A stretch of DNA of 64,000 bases from Tubiluchus corallicola (lineage: Eukaryota; Animalia; Priapulida): contig JAQGDQ010000143.1 of assembly GCA_030141605.1 (NCBI GenBank), positions 1-64,000 on the forward strand. Direction: 5' to 3'. Position numbers and translations under genes: made by a program. The stretch's first letter is position 1. The number at the start of each line of letters is the position of its first letter. Shown here piece by piece: positions 42,771-54,500 of this stretch. A model generated the notes under the pieces. That model did no database searches. It was not told the DNA's origin and saw only the letters and a list, made by a program, of their open reading frames with translations.

Positions 42771-45700
42771 TAGGTTGTAAGGAGATCCAATTATCTAATT
42801 CATATTTGGCTCAATTTATGCGAAACTACATCAGTATTGTGGTATAAACTTGATCTGTGAACTACTCAATATTGTGGATGTGACTATATTAGGATACCTC
42901 TAAATTGCTGCACAACGGTTTCTCATTTTTTTGCCTGCAGAGCTTACTGCAGTACAAGTGTTTTTCTTTAGTGGTTTTCAATTAACGCATTAGTAAAGGT
43001 CGAAAAGCTCTCACACAGCTTTTGTGGTTAAGAAAACAAATTAATTCAGTGAGCTAAATTAGTGCAAGAGTCCAGGTAATTTTGTGGTGAAAGAAATCTG
43101 TCTGTGTATGGTGCACAATTTCATTTTTGAACCTTTGATCCACTTATCAGTTAATGTATCTGTACATTTGGCATCCTTGAATCTTTGAACTTTGTGTGTT
43201 TGCACACTCCATCTACAACGCCACTGTAGCTAGACTAGCGTCTCCTAGAGTATATCTAATTATGGATGCATTCTTGTATATTGACACATACAATATATCA
43301 AAGTACATGAAATATATCACTGTAGATTTACTTTAATAATGTAGATTAGATTTAGGTATTGTGTTAGGTAAATATCCATATATTTACATCTCATCTTTGT
43401 GAGATTTTAACTTGACACTACTAGCAGTACAAAAACTATTTGATAATCTGCAGTGTTTAATGCTAAAATAACATTAATTAGCACCATTTATTCACAATTG
43501 GTCTTGTTTAATAGACTGTCCAGTTCCATTTACTTCAAATCTGTTTTCTTATACGTTTCATATTTTAGAAATAATTATTATATGCTCTTAAATTTATTGT
43601 AACTTTAATCCCTAAATATTTATTGAATAATAACAATAACTTAAAATGCATTTTTGTATTTTTACCATGTCAGTTCTCTGCCATGCTTTACTGCAGAGCT
43701 AGTTTTAGCTTTCATTTAATATTGTGGTGTATCTTTGGCACTTAGATTTTAGAATTTAAAATTACTTTTATACAGATTGCACTAAAATACTTTGATGTAT
43801 AATTTTACTATTATAATTGTGTGAAACTTGGATCTTTTCGAAGTTTATAAGTTGTTTTTGTTTTTATATTTTAGTCGAAATGCTTCGTCCTCTTACAATT
43901 AGATCTTAATATAATGCTACAGTATTTTTAAAATGAAAATAATACACAAGTCAGTCTCTTCTTAAATTTTGCAGCAGATAGTTCCACTTCATTTTGTTGC
44001 ATTGTGATAAAAGCTGTTTGATATTTTCCTGCATATAACAGTATTAGGTTGTAAATGTTTAAAATATACATATTGTTTAGCATAAATAACCGAACTGTTT
44101 TTCCTGATTTTTGTTAGCAAAATGGATCACTGAAACATTTCTAAAAAAGTATAAAATGTTAATTTGCCCTTTGACAATCTGTTTGCATATACAAATGTAT
44201 AAGCTGTTGACAACCTGGTCAAGTCTGACAAATTCACATTAAGAGTTAAATAATTGGGTATCTCTAGGTTCTTACTCCCATTTATGTTCCATAACATTAA
44301 AAGTGTTTGGTAATTAAGTATTATTACTACATGCTTTCAACAATAAACTGAAGGATTCATAAACGTCATGCATGTATGCTGAGAATCAGTTTTGTAGTAT
44401 TCTCTTATTTCTGACAAATAGGCCCACATAGGAAAAGATTTAGCAAATACAACAGCATTATGTGATGTTATTAAATCGAAAAAATTCATCAAAAATCCAA
44501 AAAATGCATTTAGAGACTTTATTTATGCTTTTTTCATTTATCTGAAAATAATGCACAGCGCTAAACTATCATACTTTTTTAATTTTTGTCGTCAGGATCT
44601 AATTCAGACAACAGTTACACTATTAAACTGTTTTAACAGCACACTGCTGGTCTAAGTCTGTTGTACAATTTATTGAAAATGAACTACACTGATGTTATAT
44701 AGACTACGGTAACAATGCAAAATAGTTTTCACAGCTTACTAGTAGTATTCAATTGTATTATTCATGATAAATAAATCATTTGCTTATTACACGCTACAAG
44801 TATGATATAAAGCAAGGCTCTGCATCAGTATCACAGTTTATGGAAATGTAATACACTATTATAAAAACGATTGTAATAGTTTTCATAATTTTATAAGTTA
44901 TTCCTTCCTTAAGTATCAGAAAGTTAGCTAAACTGTTAAAATGTTTTCGTCACTAAATCTAGCACTTTATAGCTTTATTTTCAAGGGACTGTACAACTGA
45001 TGCAGTGTGGCAGTGTACTGATTCAACAAATTGTAAAAAAGTGAGAAATGTTTTGTTTTACGACTGTAGAATTTTGTTAATGCAAAGTTTTAAAATTTGA
45101 ATAACAGTGCCCAAATTTGTCCTGTTTTATAATGCCAGTAAGGAGAGCTTACTTGTTTCACCTTTCAAGTGTGACAACTGTCCTTGTGATTTTTTTTTAA
45201 TTTCAGTAACATGACAAGTTCGACAACAAAAAGATGAATGTATTTAAAGCTACCACAACTAACTACTATACCATAGATTCAAAAAATTTTATTCTGTAGA
45301 TCTATGCTTTGTGTACAGGATGGTGCATAGACTTTTGCTAGGGATGCACAACACCTATCCAGAAACATTGATAAAAATATTACATACATTATATACATAC
45401 ATTTGCTGGAGAATGATCAGTGAATACAGAAACATTTAAGATTAGGAAATGTTGCTAAAAGAATTATAGATAATCTTACACTCACTTAATATTTGCAGGC
45501 TGCAATCCTGACAAATCAATTTAAAATTCCAGATTTGTGTGCATCAAATATGCCCTTTGGTTTCTTCTGTGAGCAAAAAATGTCAAAAAAACAACCAAAC
45601 GATTGATTTTCACTAAAGAACATCAAAGAATATCTGCAAATGTGTTCAAGAGCTTTGACTTTATACTAATCTCTCCGAGCCCTTTAATAACATACATCAA

Positions 45701-46143
45701 GATTACCGCTGCACAGGAATTAAGGTCACATAGATTCAGCAAGTGTGTGTGACACCTATAATTCCTAAACATTGTAATGAATTAAAAATTTCTGTACCAT
45801 TATTCGTTGTTTTTTATTTCTATCAAAGCAGATTATTACCTACCACTCTATACTCTGTACTTTTACATACCACCCCTACTCTAAATACTTCCATCCTCAA
45901 TAAAAAAGCAATAAACAACAATAGAAACTAACAAGACTGTTAAGTTCTATTCATCATTTGAAGTGGGAAATGTCATGATTTGGACTGTGAAAAAAATCAA
46001 AGGAAAATTCATCACAATTCTTAGTTTTAATTTTTTCCAACTGTTTCCAGATGCAGTTTACTGTACTGCTTAAAACAAACCTACACCTGTTTTTGCCCAC
46101 AAGTACACAATACAGAGTAGTCAACATTTTACTACATCTGTAT

Positions 46144-47649
46144 CTACTCATGCTGGAATATGGAGAAAATAGACCACCCAAACCACTTCAGGATGATACC
46201 AAATATAACAGCTGCAGCAGAATAAAGAACTATCGTTTTCATTGTACTACTGCCTTTCAGTTTCTGATTAAGAATTACAGCAATTGTTTTTAGCTTTGTC
46301 TCATTATATGGTGGATATCGCGCATCATTTAGTTTTTCAATCATCAAGTCTCTTTTTACTAAGCATGGTTTCTTATGTGAGAATGTATCAAAAGACCACT
46401 TGCCGTGATAGCCTCCAATTCCACTTTGGCCAACACCGCCAAACGGAAAAGCAGACAGACTGGCATGTACCATAGTGTCATTTATCACGACAGCACCACT
46501 CGATGTGCTCTCTATGACTTTCTGCATTGACAGCTTATCACTCTGATTAAGAAAGCCATATAAAGCAAGAGGCTTCTCTCTATCATTAATATACTCAATG
46601 GCTTCATCTAACGTATCCACATTAACAGTAATTAATACCGGACCAAAAATTTCTTCTTGCAGGGCAACATCGTTAACATCGAAACCAGTCATGATTGTCG
46701 GTGAAATGTAATTATCATCTTCGTCTACATCACCTCCAAACAGGACCTTCCCATTTGTCATCAAATTCCTTACTCTATTGAAATGTTTCTTGTTGACTAA
46801 TCTTGTGTAATCTGGTGACTCCTTGGGGTTCTTCCCAAAATACTCTCCAACAACTTTCTTCACTTCCTCAACGAACTTATTTTGCGTGACTTTGTCGATG
46901 AGCAAATAATCAGGAGCGATACAAGTTTGGCCACAGTTTGCCCATTTACCCCAAACAATCCGTCTTGCAGCAATTCTAATGTCACAATCCGGAGCTATGT
47001 AAGTAGGATTCTTTCCACCAAGTTCTAATGTTACAGGGGTTAAGAACTTGGCAGCTGCTTCCATCACAATCCGACCAACAGCTGGATTACCTGTATAGAA
47101 AATATAATCAAATCTTTCTTTCAATAAAGCTGTCGTTTCCGAAACTCCACCATTTACAACTTTATAGCAGTCACTATCCAAATATCTTGGTACAAGTCTC
47201 TCTACAAGTTCAGCTGTAGCAGGAGCTATTTCTGATGGCTTCAGAAGTGCACAATTTCCTGCAGCAATGGCACCAATTAATGGGCATATAGTAAGTTGTA
47301 TTGGATAATTCCAAGCTCCAAGTATTAAAGCCACACCGTACGGTTCAGGTTTTAGGTATGCTTTATCCAACAGTGTCAGTAAATTCTTTGGTATATGCTC
47401 TGGGGCAGCCCATTTATCAATTTCGTTAATGCATTCTACCAGGTCATTTCTGCTGAAATCAATTTCGAAGGCAACAGCCTCATTCTTTGGTTTTCGTAAA
47501 TCCTTATACAGTGCATGAATCATTTCGCTTTTATTTTCGTCGATCATTTTCAACAAAGCATGAAGTTGTTGTTTACGGAATTCTAAGTCTTTCGTACGTC
47601 CACTGCGAAACACAGCTCGCAGATCTGCAATTAATCCAGAATATGCCAT
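46144..47649 (-). CDS. ALDH3: Aldehyde dehydrogenase family 3 (fatty aldehyde dehydrogenase, ALDH3A2-like), 501 aa, single coding exon
   Basis: PYGVALILGAWNYP, LKPSE, FYTGNPAVG, LELGGKNP (catalytic Glu), NCGQTCIAPDY (catalytic Cys), EEIFGP, PFGGVGQSGIGGYHG and a C-terminal hydrophobic anchor. The likely start is MAYSG at 47649, 9 nt after a tttttcag acceptor. Confidence 0.97.
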   Translation of the reverse strand: MAYSGLIADLRAVFRSGRTKDLEFRKQQLHALLKMIDENKSEMIHALYKDLRKPKNEAVAFEIDFSRNDLVECINEIDKWAAPEHIPKNLLTLLDKAYLKPEPYGVALILGAWNYPIQLTICPLIGAIAAGNCALLKPSEIAPATAELVERLVPRYLDSDCYKVVNGGVSETTALLKERFDYIFYTGNPAVGRIVMEAAAKFLTPVTLELGGKNPTYIAPDCDIRIAARRIVWGKWANCGQTCIAPDYLLIDKVTQNKFVEEVKKVVGEYFGKNPKESPDYTRLVNKKHFNRVRNLMTNGKVLFGGDVDEDDNYISPTIMTGFDVNDVALQEEIFGPVLITVNVDTLDEAIEYINDREKPLALYGFLNQSDKLSMQKVIESTSSGAVVINDTMVHASLSAFPFGGVGQSGIGGYHGKWSFDTFSHKKPCLVKRDLMIEKLNDARYPPYNETKLKTIAVILNQKLKGSSTMKTIVLYSAAAVIFGIILKWFGWSIFSIFQHE

Positions 47650-48334
47650 TTCTTTTAACTGAAAAACAAAGAAGCCACTTCTTATATTCAATTCTTATAA
47701 ATTTAACCAAATTAAAACTGTTTTGAACGAGAATACATGACATTTGCTTAGCCCATTAGGCACAACCAACGCATTGTGTACTTGTCATTGATAATTCAAT
47801 GTAATAATTTGAGTTTAAGGCAATACTTGCCGACAGCAGCGTGTGTGATAACAGCTACCACTTAATAAAGGTTTATAGCTAAATGCACTGGCACTAATAA
47901 ATAGTTTAAGTGTGAGACTCAAATTAAATCTTTACTGATGTAATTTTATACTGATCTAGAATATAGGTACTCACTTAATGAATAATATATATATATATAT
48001 ATATATGGATTCATTAAAACACTTCTTTGAATGGAGAATGTATAAATAGGAAAAGAAAAATAGCATTGTGCTTACAGAGAAGCCATTGAGAACCTAAAAA
48101 CAGCATTAAACTATATACAGAATATAATCCTAATACTTAGAAAACGATATGTCATACTTAGAAAAACAATCTGTCAAAAAGATAGTGAAGAACAGTTGGA
48201 CTGTTTAAACTTAAATTAAATGGAAAAAGTTCACACAATTTCAAATACATGGTACTGAAGGCCACTTACAGAGATGAATTCGCAGTTTCTTGCAATGTAG
48301 AATACAATGTGTGGTAGTAAACAGATGCAAATCA

Positions 48335-48500
48335 GAATGAAGATTGCTTACAGGCCTACTGGCAATCTACAAGGAAGCGTACTAAGTCTAGTTTTCTTCG
48401 CAATAGTCATTAATGATTTACTGGGATTATTCACTTGTGAAAACAAACTATTTGTTGATGACACTAAAATTTACAATCGAGTAATAACTGTAGATTGATG
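48335..48500 (+). mobile_element. Short CR1-like RT fragment
   Basis: QGSVLSLVFFAIVINDL...LFVDDTKIY. Confidence 0.7.
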
Positions 48501-48522
48501 TAGTAGATCAAGATCATATGTA

Positions 48523-48567
<45 letters not shown>

Positions 48568-48758
48568 GGAATTTGCAGATGGACGGTAATGGACGTACGA
48601 ATATTATCACCCAATTTCGTAAAAAATTTTCAAAATATATCTAGTACTAGTAGTCATTTAAGTCCGTCTAACACGGTTAAATATTAATCATATGGTCCGA
48701 CCATAAATCTTCCTACACACACACGTTGTCCATGGTCCGACTGTGTAAGTCTACTCAC

Positions 48759-49010
48759 TTTTTTCTTATTAACAGGAACAATCTTTTACTTCAACAGAAA
48801 CCAATAGCAACAAAGAGAGAAGAAAACACTTCCAGCAAAATTTAACAAAATTAACTAAGCAGTACAAACGCACACGCAATGTAACACCCCAGCTGAACAG
48901 TGCGCGATGGCCCAATATGATAATATCACCCAGCTCACAAGAACGTCAACAAGTATGCAACGTACCTGCAGTTTCGTAGCTTGCAGCTTGCACGTGTGCA
49001 TTGCGGCCAG
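48759..49010 (-). promoter_or_regulatory. Candidate promoter and non-coding 5' exons of ALDH3
   Basis: CpG-retaining patch ~48870-49025 with CACGTG. Donor CAG|gtacgt at 48966. Candidate 30-nt exon 48788-48759 with a long pyrimidine tract and a gtgagt donor. Confidence 0.45.
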
Positions 49011-49669
49011 GCGCATTTAATCGGTAATATATACATCCGAAAAAGAGTAAGTGCAAATAAAGTTAAAGAATAATTCCTAAAGTATATCTAATGAAAATTA
49101 AATCTATACTTGTGTATGTGTTAAAATGTTAATAGAAGAAGTGTAAATGATTAAATTAACTGTAATATTAATCAAGCTGACGAACGCTAATAATATGCAC
49201 GATCAATGAATCAGATGACATGTAAAAAAGTAATAAAGGATGTATTAGCAGAGGAGGCACGCTATGTACGTGTATGTACGTGAGTGTGTATGTGTGTACT
49301 TGTACATGTATATATATATATATATATGCATATTCATATATGTGTATGTATGCGTATGCGAGTATGTATGCATGTATCAGAATGTGTGTATATGTATTGT
49401 GAGTATATGTGCTTATGTGTGAGTATATGCGTGAGTATGCATTTTTGTGCATATATATGTGTGCGTGCGTGCAGGTGTATATGCAAATGCATGAATATAA
49501 TATTGATGCCACTACTCCTCATCTAATTTACATAAGTGTCAGATGGGCAAATAAAATACGTATAGTTCACAGACTGGACAGCACATGGTCATTCTGGTAG
49601 TAAATTTGTTTTGCTTCATTCCTGTTGCATTTATTATATTAATAATATTAATTTATTATTGTCATTACT

Positions 49670-49873
<204 letters not shown>

Positions 49874-50649
49874 GCATGGTAACAATACTAAGCATACAAA
49901 TTTTAGCTGGTTTAATTGAGTTAAAATAACTATGTGTAGGTTATATCTGACTATTTTAGTCTCGAATTAACTGAAGTTCTAATTACATTCTGATTTGTTT
50001 TTCTTTTTCTTTTGGTTTTGTTTATATTTTTGTTTCTAACTACAGGTTATAGTAATGTACGGCTTCAGTTTATTTTTATTTTTTATTTTAGTTTATTTAA
50101 ATTATTTTGCATTGCCTGGTTAATTGATACTGCATGTTATGCAACTGTATTTGTAATAATTATGTTATGTTGCTTTATTTTGCTCATTTTGCCCCCCATA
50201 AACTTCAAAATATCTGTAAATTGATTAATCTCGTTTGCACAAATTAAGTTATTATCTCGTCAGTCAATATTAAATCCACAATACATAACAGTACAACTAA
50301 CTGACATAAGGTACTCGTATTATTAAATTAAAAAAGCCATGGTATATAAAAATAACATGTTTATAATATTATAGGTGTGGCTGCTCGATGACCTCTGGTC
50401 ATTCGCCACCCCTTCTCTATTTTGTTAATATGATTTACTAACTATAATTTCAAACATTTTGTAACCTATTGAGAGAGACAAATAAAAATTTTGATTTGAA
50501 TTGAATTGCTTGATTGACTAATTGATTGTGATAGTTCAACATTTTGGTGCTAACCTTGTTTGTAAATGGATGGGTTATTACTAAAAATTGCTTTGTAATG
50601 GTTTCATCTGTTGTTAATTGTATGCTACCTCCAACAACTTATGACAGAT

Positions 50650-51170
50650 TGGTTGTGTGCTGGTATCGTCAAGGCAGTGTTGGACCAATTTCATTTGGTT
50701 TATTCATTAACCACAAGAATTATAGGTTAGTAAGATCTTTGGTATTGTAAATGTGATTTTTTCAAGAGCAAAATGCCATTATGGCATACAGCTTACAAAG
50801 CTCATAATTACATAGCTATACTTGAATATTGTACACCAGTTTGGTCACCTCATCAAGCGCATGACATTGCTGCTATTGACAGGTTTCCGTGATACTTTTT
50901 ACCCGTAGTTATCTTGGTGCCTTTATGTACTTGGATAGGTTGTGCATGATAGATTTGCAATTAGTAAAATCTCAGATGAATAATTGTTGATCTTAAGAAA
51001 ATTATGTCATAAATTAGTAGATTTGTCATAAATTTTTGATAATTTCATTTATTATGCTCCTACTAAAACTTACGTAGTCACAACTACAATTTGTTTATAA
51101 TCACTATTCTAGTTTAGGTATATTCAAAATATAATTCTGCAAATAGAGTAGTCCCTACTTCATCATGACT
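50650..51170 (+). mobile_element. Highly decayed LINE RT fragment
   Basis: QGSVGP..F..FIN-like and LEYCTPVWSPH motifs. Confidence 0.55.
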
Positions 51171-51334
51171 ACGTACATGCCTGCTGCCATTCCCTTTTAT
51201 AAAATTCTTAAATTTAATAATAATTATATAATGGGTGAATGAATTAGTATAGGGCAAATGAAGAGTTTGTGGTAATAGATCAATAAAATAGCAAAGGTTC
51301 TTAATGTAACTAACTTGCAGAAATCATATTAAGT

Positions 51335-51538
51335 AGCCCTGGGCCGTGGCGTTTCAGTGTCAGTGAGGTTGAGTGAACGTCCGTTAGCAGTCCCTAGAGC
51401 TAGGTCGATCTCGGTGGACGAAATTTGCCGCGTAGAGTGGCGCTGCAAACGAAAAAGCCACGTGATTTTGCGACAAAGAGCGCTGCCATCTTGTACGCGT
51501 AAAATAATGTTTCCAACAAGAGTGAAGGCTGCCAAATA
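51335..51538 (+). promoter_or_regulatory. CpG-rich promoter/5' UTR of the FUBP gene
   Basis: GC/CpG-rich island; E-box CACGTG (~51459); YY1-type GCCATCTT (~51485). Confidence 0.7.
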
Positions 51539-54500
51539 ATGACAGATTACAGCTCTGTTGCTCCTCCAGCGACTACAACATACGATCCAAGTTCTATGTT
51601 CCAGGATGCCCTACAAAGGGCACGCTTAGTAAGTATTTTGTTTCAATTTCGCTAAGTTTTACTTTATCGACGTAGACGTACTGCATTTTCAGTCATGTTA
51701 ACAACTTCCCTCGTAATTGTACGCTTGCACAGTAGTACGGTATTTGATACTGCAAGTATTGGTACGGTACATATTTTGCTTTCCGTGTGTTGACTTGTGG
51801 GTTTTACAGTGGAGCCAAGACAAAAATTCGCCTGTATGTGAGCGCCCTTGCTGTCCAGTCCTTGTTTTTCGTGTTAGTTATCACTTCTGATATGCTAGTT
51901 GTGTATTAGTATACAATACTTCGCAGAGTTCCCAATATTTCTTAACGTTGGTATGGTAGCATGCTCGATATCCAAGCATGTGCGCGACGCATATTAAATG
52001 TGAATTAGTGCAAGTGCTCCAAACAAAATGGGCACCTGTTTGATATTTCAAAAATTTAGCACATTAATAATAGAAATGACGACTAAGATATAAAATAAGT
52101 CAGTTGCTGATGTTACTTAGTATACTTAGCCAAAGAATGTAATATGTGCTTAAATGAGAAGGGATATAAAACACAAGGAAGTGGATATTGTTCCGATGAT
52201 CGGAACCACGTTTACGAAGGATAAATTTCCGATAAGCGAGTATTGAATTAGCCAAAGTTTTCCCAACTTTACCTCTAGTTTTCTGAGAACTTAGTTTAAG
52301 CATAGCAGATATCTAAGAAAATAACTTGAAATAGAAAAAAATGAAAAATGAATTTTTTTAAAACGGAAAAATCGTGGGCGTAAACACTAAACACTCTCAC
52401 AATCAAAGCTTGCTTAGCTCCACTTTCAGTGATTTCAGTTAAGCTTTGGCATGTAGAGGCGACCTGGCAATGCCAACTCTGCTGCTTGCAACAGAAATCG
52501 AGCATGTCTGACGGACTGGGGCGCAAGTGTTACTGTCCGTGGGTGGTCTGACAAGACAAAAAATTATGTTGCAATATAAAATATACTGTTGGCCAAGCAT
52601 GTTTTTCGGCATCACAGAAAATAGGTTTTAAGCAAGTGTGACTCGATAATTTTTCATAAAACCACATTTTTTTTTGGAATAGAGCAAAAAATTCTCTTTC
52701 AGGTGCAAATAAATATTTTAATGTAGTTAACGTGACAACTTTGTGGCAACTAAATTCCGGAAAATTTGGAAAAATGTGACTCCGCCTCAGTATTCCTTGG
52801 TTATAAAGCTGTAAGAACTAATAATGTTCCCAGATTTGATATCAGTTGAAAGGGCATTTTCTGCTCTATAAAGACTTGTACATTTTTTTGTCTGAAAGCA
52901 GTATTTTTACTTTGTGAAATCTGTTGACAAATCTGAAAAGAAACACAAACTTTGCAGCAAATTGAGCTATTTTGTAATTGTATCAACTAGGGGCAGAGAG
53001 TGCAATATGCACTTGAGTGTTGCTATAAATTAAAAACTTAATACAGTGTTCCCTCACTTATCACGGGTGTTCCGTTCCAGGCCCACCTGCAGTAAGTGAA
53101 TTTCCGCGAAGTAGGGACGCTATACTTATTTTAGTAGTTATACATTACTTTAAGTCTTTATAAACCTTCCCCGCACTCTTATACATAACCCTTTCCCATT
53201 CCCTTAACTTTTCCCATACTGTACATGTACCTTTTAAAAAACTTTACTTAAATGTTCATAAAAATGTTTTATGTTAAGCAGATCATTCACATCTTCATTC
53301 ACTTCACATTTACTGTACAATATGTGCTACACGTGCAAAAATACTTTAGATGGAGTACCGCAAAAACCCGCAAAACAGCAAAAATACCACGATAAATATT
53401 TTACATTAATATTTTGAAAACCCACGAAACATCGAGTCCACGATAAACGAACCGCGAAGTAGCGAGGGAACACTGTACTGATGAGCTAAGAGTGCAACCA
53501 TGTTGTAAAATGGACTAAAATTTGAATTAAAATTACATGTTTTTGCTCCTTATGCACTAAATAAATCCTTTGTAGTTCTTACTGTGTTTTATCATACCTT
53601 TTCCAGTTATATTTTCTAAAATATTTAAAATAAAATGAGCCCCCAACATCTCACCCGTTTCTCAATGTTCTGTTCCCAAATGATTTTTTTCCAGTGATAC
53701 TGTCTGTAACAGCAGACAGACACTTCTATTTTCCCGAGAGGGGTGGTACGTTTAAAAAGCGCTTTACTATGCTCTGTTAGGTATAAGTAAAGCTGGTATA
53801 AAACTAAAGAAATTTCAAATGTAGTTGTGTCAATTTTTTTTATGGTCAGAACTTGAACACAGCAAGGTACATGGTTTCGATGATCAGAACTTGAACAACA
53901 GTAAGCTGCAGTTCCGTTGTTGGGAACAGTATCTTACAAATTTAGGATTTCAATCACACAAACAATATCCGCATTCAACACATAAATGTGTCCTGTACTA
54001 CAAAGGCGATTTCTTAGCATATTGACAAAAACATTGGTATAGATAAAACGTGGTAATAAATGCAGTTTACACTATGGGATAACTGACTGGTACGACTTAC
54101 GTTTTGAATCCCATTCCTGCATGTGTACATTGTGCAATATGTTCACTAGGTGTAAAATTGTTATGTAGTCAAAACCGGAAATAAATTTTAATTGTTATTT
54201 TTAATGAAATGTTGAAATAAAAAAGTACAATTAATTTCACTGGTTTGTTACTCACATATACTATACAAGTCGATGTGGTACAGGCTTATTTCAGCTGGTT
54301 TGATACATTTTATTTTAATAAACCAAAATTTCAAATTGTCTTTAACCAATAATTAAAGCAGATGCAAGAGGTTGACTTTAAAGCCGTGTTAGCTATTGTT
54401 GTTCAAACCATGCATTGCTGAGATGACAGTAAATCTTTTCATATTCTTTCCATCAATTTAAAAACAGCTCAAATTGACCTAGATGTGAAAGGCAGTTGTA

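Noticed and set aside
47650-47691. N-terminal extension MNIRSGFFVFQLKE of ALDH3 in the ORF track
   Set aside because: Begins at a non-ATG codon and spans a polypyrimidine tract and acceptor, so it is intron/UTR sequence.
53478-53500. CTGATGAG hammerhead-ribozyme-like core
   Set aside because: No suitably placed GAAA or supporting stems.
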